A stretch of DNA of 64,000 nucleotides, taken from contig NC_086097.1 in assembly GCF_963921235.1 (NCBI RefSeq), positions 194,186,001 through 194,250,000 of the forward strand. Direction: 5' to 3'. Of the stretch, positions 51,103 to 64,000 are shown in pieces. Each line of letters starts with the position of its first letter. Position 1 is the first letter of the stretch. Origin of the DNA: Mobula hypostoma. Taxonomy: Eukaryota. Below the pieces are notes generated by a model, which saw only the letters and a list, made by a program, of their open reading frames with translations, was not told the origin of the DNA and did not search any database. The position numbers were made by a program, and so were the translations under genes.

Positions 51103-53089
51103 CTAACAATTACACAAACATATTAAAAGGCTCATTACCATGCAATTTTCTTCATATATTCAAATTAATTTACAGCAGTTCTAGCTGTAATTAAAGCAAA
51201 GTGATGATATACAAGAATTTTTAAGCAAATGTTTCTCAATTACCATTTGCCTGGTTACAGTAGAACTCATTGTATTTATTTTAAAAGTGCTCCTTCATTT
51301 TGTTTAACTAATCCAGTTTCATCAATACAAAATACTATGCTTTCATTTTCAAATGAAACTGTTCATGATTCATAATTAAAACTGTAAGTTTAAATTGTTA
51401 TCTCTGCCCCAAGTTCATATTAAAGAAATTACTTCATTTTATTGACATTCTATGCCCAGCAAGACAACAAATTTTCAATTTGAGGAAAAACTTTTCCATT
51501 GCAAACATATGAAAATGGTTTGTGCCTCTATCATCTCCTCTGAGCGCAAGGTTTAAGCTTCAATTGTATTCAGGAGCCTCATCTCCTTCACAATCAGTCT
51601 CACAATTATCTTTCTTTGCTCCCTCTATATTAACAATTCTGTGAGTAGGTCCTCACCATATATCAAGGCCTTCAAATTTTATATGCCTCAATTAAATACT
51701 GTCTCTAATGAATGTGCGATCAGTCATGAACAGGTGTGTGCCTAACACTGTTACTTAGATGAACTTCCAGAGGACAGTCCATAAAGAGTTATCTTTAGAT
51801 TAAGTTGAAGTAATGGGTTAGTAAATATGTTGTTGGCCTGCTTAGGAAAATGACAAAGTAACCTGGTACAAAAGTTGATTGTATTTGACAAGTCTCAATA
51901 TACGCATGGAACAAAAAATATCTGTGCTATTCATAAATAATCTAGGTGATAAAGTAACATGTTTAAGTTTGATGATGGCAGAGAAGATAGCTGACATAAA
52001 AACACAGATGGAAGCAACTGTGAAAAGTGTTCAAGGAACGATTTATTCAACAGGATTTAGCTATTTTAATTCAGTTTCCTGATTTAGAGGAACACACTGT
52101 GTTGGGACTTATTTATCACTATACTTCACAAGGAGGACTATTAGGATTCCCCAACATTACTGTGGTATAGAGCTCGAGTATTACTTAAGCTGCACTCATC
52201 AAGGCAAGTGGAGAATATGCTATCATGCTTTTGACATGCCTTGTAGATGGTCAGGTCAGGCCCAGGACCTTATGCAGTACTGAGTTTAACAGAGATTCTA
52301 GGCTGAAAATGTGGAGGCAGAGGATTGGTTTTAAATTATTTTACACTAAAATTTTAAATGCTTGTTTTTTAATAAAAATTTTAAAAATGTTTACATATTA
52401 ACTCCAATTTTATGAGTTAGAACATCAGAAAGATTTAAAATTTGAAAATCGGAAGGCTTTGATGAGCTCTGCCCCCAATTTTCCCTTCTACAAGATCTAC
52501 CTGGCTCATTTCATAGGTACAGGCACCCAGACTACACAGCCCAAGCCCAGATGCTACTCAGAGTGCAGAAAACCAGCAAGTTAAGTCTTGCCATTCATCC
52601 TGGATGTCTGATTGCCCAGGGTGACAAGCAGGATACAATTTTTGAGCAAGGTTAGATTAGGGTGATATTCATTTTTGATGACAGCTAAAGTATGGTTCTG
52701 CAAGAATTCTGCAACAACAGGCTATTGTTGGACCACGTTAAATATCAGCCTCCTGTTGCTTGAGCTGAACTGCAAGCTGACAGAGGTGAAACTGCCTTTG
52801 TAGTGTCCTAATTTGTCTAGTTTGATGCTGGATGATCTGCGCATCTCAGCATTTCCCTGAAATGAGAAAATACTGGAAACACACCACAGATTAGACAGCC
52901 TTCTAAAAACACAATAAGCTGGTTCAGATTACATTCATCACTGCTTTCTAGAGATGCTGCCTGACCTGCTGAGTGTTTCTAGCATTTCCTGTTTTATTTA
53001 TTAAATATTTACATCTGCATTTTCTGATGTTATCACTTTCAATGTAGCAATTATGGTAAAATGAGTAGCTTCGAGGCTATTTGAGTAGC

Positions 53090-53905
53090 TACCAAAGATC
53101 ATGACAAGCTTGGTTTTACCATAAAACCAGGACGAACCAAAAGGGTCAGACCAGTTAGGCTCACAGATCTTGATTTTGCAGATGACATATTCCTGCTCTC
53201 TGACCCGATGGAGGAAGCACAGCAGCTACTGACAAAAGTGAAAATTGAGTGCAATAAAGTTGGACTTCACCTAAACGCTAAAAAGACAGAGTACATGGTG
53301 TTTAACTGCGACAAAGGTACTCTCAAGACCGTAAAGAATGATACCATTAAGAAAGTCTTTGACTACAAGTACCTCGGGTCAAGAATGATGAGTTTGGAGA
53401 AGGACATAAAGATACAGAAGGCACTGGCATGGAGGGCTATGAACAACATGAAGGAAATCTGGAAATCGAACCTGACCAGAGGGCTTGAAAAGAGGATTTT
53501 CATAGCAGTCATAGAGTCCATTCTCACGTACGGATGTGAGATGTGGACACGCACCAAGACTATGCAAAAGTCTCTAGATGGTTGCTATACACAAATGCTC
53601 CGGATGGCTCTTGACGTGAGTTGACAACAGCACATGACGAACGTCAAGCTCTATAACGACCGCTCACCACTAAAATCGAGGCGAGAAGACTGCAACTAAC
53701 GGGGCACTGTCTACGCCACCCCGAGCTACCTGCCAGCCTAGTCATCATATGGGAGCCCAAGCATGGGAGGATGAACCCTGGGTGCCCTCCCAAGACTACG
53801 GTCAACACGCTCCTAGAAGACAGTGGTGTGGCTAATGTAGATGAACTGAATACACTGGGAGGGAGAAGTGGAGAGTCCGTCATTGTGCCCGACGCCGGCC
53901 CCCTA
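53090..53905 (+). mobile_element. RTE-type LINE 3' fragment (second family)
   Basis: DLDFADDI.LL, VGL.LNAKKTEYM, YKYLGS, ILTYGCE.W. Confidence 0.85.
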
Positions 53906-54559
53906 GGTCAATGTTTTATAGTCAATGTTAAATAAAATTTTTCAAAATTATGAACAGAATTTACATTTAAGAACAGTCTGAACTGGCAACTATGGATTGT
54001 TAGTTCAGTTTTTTGGCTTCCTGATCTGGTAATTTAACCAGTCTGGCATCACCTCCAATTCTTTTAAATACCAGACACTATATCAAAATATCATAGATGC
54101 TAGAAACATGAAACAAAACAGCAGAGAAAATAGTTAACATTTCAGGTCAATAATATTTCATCAGGATTGGTGAAAATAACACCTGATCTGATAAAGGATT
54201 AACTAACTTTGCTTCTATCTCTCCAAAGATGCTAGTTAATGCATTGAGTACTTTAATATAGCATTGGCCATTTTATTACAGATAGCATTGGGTCAATATT
54301 CTTTCATTATCCAAGAAATCAATGTAGCAATGCCCTTGCATACAAATGACATCTTCTCATGCTTATAGCTTGCATGCATGTTGAGTAAATAACTAGTTTA
54401 CCAATGGTACGTACATCTTTATTACACTGAGGCTGGAATATAAATGCAAGGGAGTATTACTACAAAATTGGCAACATTTTTGTGCCAAAGATCCCTCCAA
54501 AATGTTATAGCTTCACTATGGCTCAAAACAGAAGCATCCTGGGTCAGTAAAACTATATT

Positions 54560-57500
54560 CTAATGCAAAGGTGGGGAAAAGGTTGAACATCCAGGGTGGG
54601 TGGAGCCTTTGATTATGTTAGCTACTTTACTTAGATGGCAAGAATCGTGGAGTCTATGGAGGGCCACTGAGTCTTCAGTGATGTGCTCAACTATACCCAC
54701 AATTCTTTGCAGTCTCTAGCAGTCACCAGCAGAGCAGTTGCCATACTAAGCCATGATGCATCTAGTTAGGATGCTTTCTATGGTACATTGTTTAAAAATG
54801 GTGAAAAGGTCAAAAGGCCATGCCAAATTTCCTTAGTTTCCAGAGGACACAAGGGTGCCTGTGATGTCTACATGATTGTGCTAGACATTCACTCCTAGCA
54901 TCTTCTACTGATGCATAGTGAAGAGTATATTATCTGTATGCATCACAGCCTGGTATAGAAACACCAGTGTCCTTAGACAGAAAATCCTGCGAATAGTGGT
55001 GGATATGGCCAGTCCAGCTCAAAAGTTGAAAATTCAAAAGTAAATTTTATTATCAGAGTACGTATATGTCACCACCTACAACCCTGAGGTTCTTTTTCCT
55101 GCAGGCATACTCAGCAAATCTATAGAATAGTAACTATAACAAGATTCAATGAAAGATCAAGTAGAGTGTAAAAGACAACCAACTGTGCAAATACAAATAT
55201 ACATAAATTGCAATAAATAACGAGAACATGAAATAACAAGACAGAGGCCTTAAAGTAAGTTCATTGGTTGTGGGAATATCTCAATAGATGGGCAGTTGAT
55301 TGTTGTTATCCCCTTTTAAGAGGTTGATAATTGAATGGTAGTAACTGTTCTTGAAGATGGTGGTGCGAGTCCTAAGGCTCTTATACCTTCTATCTGATGG
55401 CAGCAGCAAGAAAAGAGAATGGCCTGGGTGGTGAGAATCTTTGATTCAAGATGCGGCTTTTCTACTACAACATTTCACATAGGTGTGCTCACGGGCAAAG
55501 CCCTCCCAACCATTGACCACATCTACATTAAATGCTGTTGCAGAAAAATAGCATCCATTATTAGGGACTCCCACGAACCAGGACATGCTCTGTTCTCAAC
55601 TGCTGCTATCAGGAAGGTGGTACAGGAGCCTCAGGACTCATACCATCAGGTTCAGGATCAGTTACTACCCCTCAACCATCAGAGCTCTTGAACCAAAGGA
55701 GATAACTTCACAACTTCATTTGCCCCATCATTGAAATGTTCCTACAGTCAATGGACTCACTTTCAGTGACTCTTCATCTCATGTTCTCAATATTTATTAC
55801 TTATTTATATTATTGATTCTTCATTTTCTATTGGCATAGTTTGTTGTCTTCCGCACTCTGGTTGAACACTCCAGCTGGACAGCCTTTCATTGATTTTGTT
55901 ATGGTTGTATTCCATAGATTCATTGAGTATGCCCACAAGGAAATGAATCTCAGGGTTGTATATGGCGGCATATATTTGCTTTGAACTTTAGAAGCTCTCA
56001 ACCTTCTTAACCCCAGTACTGTTGATGTAAACAGGAGCATATGCACCATAGAGCTTCCTGAATTCAATGACCAATGCTTTCGCTCTGATGACACTTAAAG
56101 AAAGGCTGGTGTAATAACACCACGTCACAAGGCTTTCGCCCTCTTTCTTGTACTCCAACTCACTGTGATTTTGAGATTTGGCCCACTACAGTGCTACTTT
56201 CTGCAAACTTGTAAATGGAGTTACCACAGAATCTGGCCATGCAGTCATAAGCATGCAAAGAGTAAATTAAGGAGCAGAGGGTGCAGCCTTGTGAAAAACC
56301 AGTGTTGAGTATAATCATGGCCCCCATCTTTCCTGGTAAGAGTTTGGAAATTAGTTTGCTTGGAATTGTCGTTACTGAAGACAAAGCGGTAGTCAACAAA
56401 CAACAGTCTAATGTAGGCATCTATACTGTCTGGATGCTCTAAATGAGTGAGCAAGCAGGTGGATCTGCCACGGATCTGTTTTCGTGATAGTTGAATTCCA
56501 GTGGATCAAGGTTCACTGGGAGGTTGGAATTGATGTGCTGTGATCAGCCTCCTGAAGCACTTCACGATGGTGAATGTTAGAGCCACCAGGCACTAGGCAT
56601 TAAAACACAAGATCTTATTTTTCTTCGTAACTAGGGTGACAGTGGTTACCTTAAAGCAGGTGGAAACTTCAGGTTAACAATATCTGCAAACACCCTTGTC
56701 AGTGGATCTAAGGACACACCTGGGCCATCATCCAGGCCAGAAGCTTTCTGCAGGTTCTCTCTCTGGAATACTGATTTGATGCCTTTAAAGGGTTCAAGTA
56801 CATTGGAGGCTGTCAGAATGTGTGGTGACATTCCAATCCCTGCTGTTCAAAACATTCATAGAATGGATTTAAGCTCATTAGAAGGGGAGCACTATTGTTA
56901 GTAATGCTGCCACCTGTTTTGTAACTTATTAGTAAACCCTGCCATAATTCATGTCTGGTCCGGGACTCTGTTTTGGACTGGTCTAGTCTCTTGGCATTCC
57001 TCATAGCTTACTGGATGTCATAACTTGATTCTGTGTAAAGGAGATGGTTACCTGATTTGATTGCTGTATTCCTAGACTTCAGTAGGGAGTAGATTTCCCA
57101 GTTCATCCATTGTTATTTTGGGAACACACAGAGTCCTCTAGTCACCTGTTGATAAAGCCCACAATGATACTAGCATATTCTTCGAGGTTGACTCCCAAGT
57201 CCTTGAACATGGACCAGTCAACTGAGACAAAGCAGTCATGAAGAAAGAAGCTCATTTATTTCCTTGGATCAGCTCTGTACCGCCTTCTGTACTACATCCT
57301 CATGTTTCTGCTTCTGTTAGTATGCAGGGAAAATCAGCACAGCCTGGTAGTCCAATGTACCAAAGTGTGGGCAAAGGGTAGCTCAATTAGCACCGTTAAT
57401 GTAACATAACAATGATGAAGGGTATTTAGGACCCTGGTGAGACATGCGATGTGTTGATAGCATTTTGTTAACAGTCGAAATTGGGTTGGTTGAAGTTACT

Positions 57501-57960
57501 AGCTATGAAGAGGTACTCAGGGCATTTAGTTTCAAGGTTGTTGAGCACTGAGTACAGTTCATTGAGTACAGGCTTCATGTCCATTTGGGGTGCAAAGAAG
57601 AATGCCATGAGAAAAGCTGAAGTAATCTCCCAAGGCAAGTAATATGGACTTTATCATTACATATTCCAAGTTAAGTAAGAATTTGCCAGGATAGCCACAT
57701 ATCCGAGTACAAGAGAGCTGGTAAGAAAGAGGATCCCTCCACTTCTTGTTCTGCTTGATGACACCATTTAGTCCATCTTGTGAATTGAGAAGCTCTTAAG
57801 TTGTATGAGCAATCAGGTGAATCAGGTGTAAACCACGTTTCAGTGAAGCAGTGCACTCAGCAGTCCCTCAGCTCTTTGATAAGTCAATTTCGCTCTTAGT
57901 TCATCTACTTTGTTTTCAATATCCTTGACATTACTTAACAGAGTGCTGGAGGTAGGTAGC
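54560..57960. mobile_element. Cluster of nested, degenerate Rex1/Babar-like LINE fragments in both orientations
   Basis: HLE..D.YIRLLFVDY, NTG..QGC.L.SL.YSL...DC, IYKFA, CFTETW (minus); VKSILS.CITAWY, I.D.H.PGHALF (plus). Confidence 0.65.
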
Positions 57961-58900
57961 TGGGGAAATCTTGAATCAACAGAGATTAATCTATACTCTC
58001 ATGCCTTGGAACACTTGTCACTCCATCATTAACACTGCTGAAGACCTTGCATCCTAATCTTGTATCATACATGTATAGGTAGGATCTGAACATGGTGATC
58101 AGCCTGTTCATATTGCAGGGGAAAGATGAGGACCAACTCTCCAATGAGAGGGTTTATACACACATTCACTTTAAAGAATCTGGGCGGGATTCACACAGAA
58201 TCGTGTATGGGATACTATGGAAAGTGCAATGTAAAATACCTGGAGTATTAGCATTTCTTCCAAAAACAACGCATGAAATTTTGAGGACTAAACATTAAGC
58301 CTGAGCTGGTTTTTACTCGAAGCATGCTATCCATACCATTCAGCATAGAAGTAGCGGACAATTCCATTCATCCTTGTATCTTTCGTTTCCACTGCCTCCT
58401 CCCCATTCTCAGTTCACCTTGTTCTTCCCCATTCTCAAATTCCTTCCTTACTTCCACGCTTCTCCCTTTCATCAATCTCTTTATTCCTCCTCTTGCATTT
58501 TTCTCTTTTAACCTTTCTTCCAACCAGTCGTCCTCCTTTTATATTTCATTTGCCCCTTTTATCTCATGTATTAATTGTGGTATTGAATAGCTCTCCACAT
58601 TACTGCTGCTTTTGGTGCTCAGCATACAGATTTGGTATTGCAGTTTTAGGTGGATCAGGCAAACCTTCCTACTAGATTTGACTCAGAGCAGGAATGCTGC
58701 AATGAGCAAAACGAACCCTAACAAACTATTTCAAGTGATACTGGATTATACAAAAGAGGATGGATACAGAAAATTATAGATCTAATGTACAATACACAAA
58801 TTTTAGAAGCATTAAGCATATAGCCCCAGGCCAAAGGAGCAAAAGTCAATCAATCCAATTTCTATTCACACTATTTACAAATCAATAAGATCATGCATAC

Positions 58901-59058
58901 CTGGAAAAATTCCACCAGCAACAAAAGGTGCACTTTTGTCGTATTCCACATGCAAGCGGGTAGGCTTGTTGGGGTCTGGGATTACATTCAATTTGATTAT
59001 TGGCCCTTCCAATGCAGTTTTATTAATGACAGCTTTAACTTGCAATGTATACTCTCCC
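58901..59058 (-). CDS. SMCHD1: SMCHD1 coding exon (first in window; Ig-like linker region) [52 protein letters not shown]
   Basis: Peptide resembles vertebrate SMCHD1 (recalled human [26 protein letters not shown]); TTTCAG acceptor, GTATGC donor; phase 2 to 1. Confidence 0.93.
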
Positions 59059-60744
59059 CTGAAATACAAAAGATAACCTATGCCATAAAATGTTTTTAAC
59101 ATTTCTAATTATCGCCCATAACACTAATAGAATACACTATGAAAGCAATCTTACTGCCAGAAAGTTAAATTGATTTTAAATATTAAACAACTTTCATCAA
59201 TGTGCAACTTGAGGCTAATATACCATTCTTTTAATGATACCTGCAACACAAATCTAATATATGTACACCAATTTAATTTTAACATGAGATAATTTGCATT
59301 TTTGTAAATACTAGCTTTAATCAAGAGAGCTTGATTGATTTTCATTGCCAACATAATCATCCAGTTCATCCAGTTTAATTTTCAACACAAACTATCCAGT
59401 TCATAGAGTAACCCAACTCACCCATGACAATCAATGTGCCTTTCTGAGCTAAACCCACTTGGTCCACATCCTTCTAAACTTTCTCTATCCATGAACCTGC
59501 CCAAACGCCTTTTAAATGTTGAAAATGAAAATACACCCACCTCTATCACCTCTTCTGGCAACTTGCTCTACCTACCTCTCTATGTAAATACTTGCCTCTC
59601 AGATCTCCTTTGAACCTTTACCCTCTTACCTTAAATCTATCCCCTCTAGCTTTAGACTCTCATACTTTGGAAAAATGACTGACCATGCAGCATATCCATG
59701 CTGCTCATGATCTAATAAGCATCTACAATGTCACCCCTCAATCTCCTTTACTTTAGGGAATATCACCCAGTTTAATCAATCTCTCCTAAAACTCAACCCC
59801 TCAATTCCAGGTAATATCCTTGGGAATCTACCAACATCTGACATAGCTGTCGCAACTCCTGTATTCAATGCCCTGGTCTACACACTGCTACGTACCTTCT
59901 CCAATATCCTGTCTACCAGTGTCACTACTCATAGTGGAAAGTGCACCTCTGTGTACTTGTACTTATCAGTCACTCTATTTTACAATATTCCACACGGCTC
60001 TGCTATTCACCATGTATGACCTGTCATGGTTTAACTTTACAAAATGTAACACATTGCACTTCACAAACAAGAGAAAATCTGCAAATGCTGGAAATCCTAG
60101 CAACACACACAAGATGCTGAAGGAACTGAACTCAGCAGGCCAGGCAACATCTATGTAAAAAAGGACAGTCAACGTTTTGGGCTGAAACCCTTCCACAGGA
60201 CTGTTGCACTTCTCCAAGTTGATTACGCTTTGCTCCCTTTCCTCAGTTGATCCAGACCCTGTTGTAACCTTAGACAATCTTCTTCACTATTCACCACACC
60301 ACTAATTTTGGTGTCATCCGCAAGCATGCTAATCATGCCATGTCTAATCTATATCATGAATACACAGTATGGGACAAACAGGAGACTCAGCACCAATCTC
60401 TGCAGGAAACTTGGTCCCAGGCCACCATCTGACTCCTTCCTCTGGGTCAACTTGCTACTTTGCCTTGAATGCCGTGTGATCTAATTTTCTAGTCCAGCCT
60501 ACCACAGGTAATCACGTGTAAGAAAAGTCATTCCTGTCACTATCCACATGGGCCTTAGCAAGGCCTCCGGCAATGTCCACTGCCTTGTCTGCATCTTGGT
60601 CACCTATTCAAAAAAGCTACGGAATTTGAGACATAGTTTCCCATTGCCATGCTGCTTCTCACTAATGACTATCATGCTCAATTTGACTTTGAAAACCATG
60701 TGCAGATCTATTGCACTTGAGTGAACACGGCCTTTTTCCCTTGG

Positions 60745-62435
60745 AGTGACAGAGGATGAGAGGTGTCCTGATAGAGGTGTACAAGATGATGAGAGGCACT
60801 GATTGTGTGGATAGTCAGAGGCTTTTTCCCAGGGCTGAAATGGCTAGCATGCGTAGGCACAGTTTTAAGGTGCTTGGAAGTAGGTACAGAGATGTCAGGG
60901 GTAAGTTTTTTATGCAGAGAGTGGTGAGTACTTGGAATGGGCTGTCGGCGATGGTGGTGGAGGCGGATATATAACCATATAACAATTACAGCACGGAAAC
61001 AGGCCATCTTGGCCCTTCTAGTCCGTGCTGAACTCTTACTCTCACCTAGTCCCACCAACCTGCACTCAGCCTATAACCCTCCGTACCTTTCCTGTCCATA
61101 TAGCTATCCAATTTAACTTAAAATGACAACATCGAACCTGCCTCAACCACTTCTGCTGGAAGCTCGTTCCACACAGCTACCACTCTCTAAGTAAAGAAGT
61201 TCCCCCTCATGTTACCCCTGAACTTTTGCCCTTTAACTCTCAACTCATGTCCTCTTGTTTGAATCTCCCCCACTCTCAATGGAAAAAGCCTATCCACGTC
61301 AACTCTATCTATCCCCTCATAATTTTAAATACCTCTATCAAGTCCCCCCTCAAGTTTCTATGCTCCAAAGAATAAAGACCCAACTTGTTCAACCGTTCTC
61401 TCTAACTTAGGAGATGAAAACCAGGTAACATTCTAGTCACACCACTAGTCACCGGCCTCCAATCTGACAAACAGTTATCCACCACTACTCTCTGGCGTCT
61501 CCCATCCAGCCACTGCTGAATCCATTTTACTACTTCAATATTAATACCTAATGACTGAACCTTCCTAACTAACCTTCTGTGTGGAACCTTGTCAAAGGCC
61601 TTACTGAAGTCCATAGAGACAACATCCACCACTTTACCCTCGTCAACTTTCCTAGTAACCTCTTCAAAAAATTCAATAAGATTTGTCAAACATGACTCCA
61701 TGCACAAATCCATATCCATATTAACTGTTCCTAATCAGACCCTATCTATCCAGATAATTATATATACCATCTCTAAGAATACTTTCCATCAATTTACCCA
61801 CCACTGACGTCAAACTCACAGGCCGATAATTGACAGGTTTACTCTTAGAACCCTTTTTAAACAATGGAACAACATGAGCAATACACCAATCCTCCGGCAC
61901 CATCCCCGTTTCTAATGACATTTGAAATATTTCTGTCAGAGCCCCTGCTATTTCCACACTAACTTCCCTCAAGGTCCTAGGGAATATCCTGTCAGGACCC
62001 GGAGACTTATCCACTGTTATATTCCTTAAAAGCGCCAGTACTTCCTCTTCTTTAATCATCATAGTTTCCATAACTACCCTACTTGTTTCCCTTACCTTAC
62101 ACAATTCAATATCTTTCTCCTCAGTGAATACCGAAGGAAAGAAATTGCTCAAAATCTCCCCCATCTATTTTGGCTCCGCACATAGCCGTCCACTCTGATT
62201 CTCCAATGGACCAATTTTATCCTTTACTATCCTTTTGCTATTAATATAACTGTAGAAACCCTTTGGATTTATTTTATATGATAGGGTTTTTTAAGAGATA
62301 CCTGGACAGGCGGATGGAGCTCAGAAAAATAGAGGGCTATGTGTAACCCTAGTTAATTTCTAAGGTAAGGGCATGTTTGACACGGCTTTGTGGGTCGAAG
62401 GGCCTGTATTGTGTTGTAGGTTTTCTATGTTTCTA
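60745..62435 (+). mobile_element. CR1 3' fragment split by an oppositely oriented CR1
   Basis: MRGVLIEVYKMMRG..VVEAD| resumes ATATGATAGGG at about 62276 and ends in a TTTCTATG tail. Confidence 0.8.
60971..62275 (-). mobile_element. CR1 fragment with internal deletion of the RT core
   Basis: VDKSPGPD, NYRPVSLTSVVGK, MDFSKAFDKVPH, then PVTSGV joined directly to TRMLPG. Confidence 0.9.
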
Positions 62436-64000
62436 ATGCACATTTAATGACTGTTCAATCAACCAAACCTGTACTGCACTCAGGCACCAAAGTTGCAGTT
62501 AACAACTTCTGCGGAAAAACATTGTTTTTGAGTTCAGACAATAGTTTTAAGTTTAAATGTAAGCAGCAATGTTAAGTTCCTTCATTTTAGGTTCATATTT
62601 TCCAATGGGGATGAACAAAAATCTTAAAATTAACAAAATAACCAAAAAAACATTGGAGATACTTTTCATGTTAGGCAGTATTGATGCAAAAGGAAACAGT
62701 GAATATTGCAGGTAAAAGATCTCCTCATCTGAGAGAGGGTAAATTCTTGCACACTGCAATTTTATTCTTCTTACATTTCCAATACATATAGTAAAATAGC
62801 CTCCAGTGAAGTGATGAAATTATTGTGCCAGGAAAGAATGTAATAATGTGAGTTATTTAATAGCCTCAAAATCTAGCTTTAAGTTTGAACTAATTCAGGC
62901 AAATTACATAGAGAGCAGACTACTGCAGGAACTCAATGGGAAGGGGTGGGTTAAACAGCATTTGTGAAGGTAAAAGGGACCAAGTTCCTCCAGTGTTTTT
63001 TTTTCCAAATTAGTTAAATGTAAGCAACAGTTGGGCAAGATAGATTTTAAAGGTTAAATGAGGCAGAAGAGGCCATGCTGGAATCTCAGGCAAAAAAAGA
63101 AACACTGGAGGAATTCAGCAGGTCAAGTGTATCAGTGGAGGAAAATGATAACTGACACTTCAGGTCCAGACTCAACATCAGGACGATGCAAGGTCTTGAT
63201 TCCAAAATCAACTATGCCTTTGCCAGCAGTTTTTCCCTTTGAAAAGATTAATAGGATAAGACTGGTTTAAAAAAAAATTATGACCTTCTTTATCCATTGT
63301 GTACAACACAGCTGTTTTTACCAAGTTACATATGCAATTAAGTAAATTAAAAATTGGGTTTTGCAACTGAAAAAATTAGCATCAGAAGATGGAAAAAATT
63401 TATGATTCAGCAAATTGTAAAGAGAACAAACTGGATGAGAGGGAACCAATAAGATATAACAGGGTGGTTTTTGGCTTTCAGGGAATAAAAGAAAAACATG
63501 TAATCAAATCACAGTTTACATCTTCATGGCTGGGAACACAGGAAAAAAAATCAAGGGGAAACCAAATGTAAAGTAATAATATTGAAAGTAGAATAATTAA
63601 TATTAGTAAATATCTAACATTGGAGAAAAATGCAGGGTTACAAAATCTCTGAACATGAAAGCTTGCATCTTAATATTTTAAAAGTCGAGGCTACTGGAAT
63701 GGTAGTGCAAGGTTTGATATTCAATTTACCCGATATTTAGAATATTTCCTGCTGATTGGCAGAAAGCCTATCTCAGCCTTATACAAATGAGGAAGGAAAC
63801 AAAGCAGGAAACAGTAGACCAGTTAGTGTAACATCAGTTGTAGAAAGAAATTCTAGGATCAAGGATTAAAAGCAAAGCAATTAAAAACTTATTTGTACAA
63901 CTTAGATTTACAAAAATAAAGAACTTTTGAGTAAAATAGACCAGAGGTCTCAGTGGATGAAAGTCATGGATGTTAAAATCATCCAACACAAAAGACTGCG

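Noticed and set aside
59059..64000. Further upstream SMCHD1 exons (candidates near 62470-62510 and 63270-63330)
   Set aside because: No convincing similarity to the expected preceding exon; it probably lies outside the window
1..64000. Prokaryotic systems (CRISPR, operons, defence islands) and most short ORFs in the supplied track
   Set aside because: The sequence is spliced vertebrate gene plus transposon DNA; the short ORFs are antisense or alternative frames of repeats, or chance ORFs

Overview
Eukaryotic (vertebrate) genomic DNA, not a prokaryotic locus. The repeat repertoire (CR1/HER1-type LINEs, Penelope-like elements, Rex/Babar, RTE, Tc1) points to a cartilaginous fish, probably a ray (inference). 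The window holds the 3' part of SMCHD1 on the minus strand. I traced 17 coding exons (59058 down to 4155) by hand, with consistent splice phases; they encode the end of the Ig-like linker, coiled coils, SMC hinge and a basic C-terminal tail. One intron has a GC donor. The introns are packed with nested transposable elements. The main hidden signals are: (1) minimal, helix-III-less hammerhead ribozyme motifs in Penelope-like terminal repeats, with insertion and inversion breakpoints at or next to the predicted cleavage site; (2) a near-identical inverted CR1 pair bracketing two SMCHD1 exons (circRNA-type architecture); (3) a duplicated intron start with a dead splice donor; (4) a full-length Tc1 whose frame is broken only by two TGA stops; (5) an RTE LINE with a twin-priming-type 5' inversion. 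Family assignments come from recognised motifs only; no searches were run.
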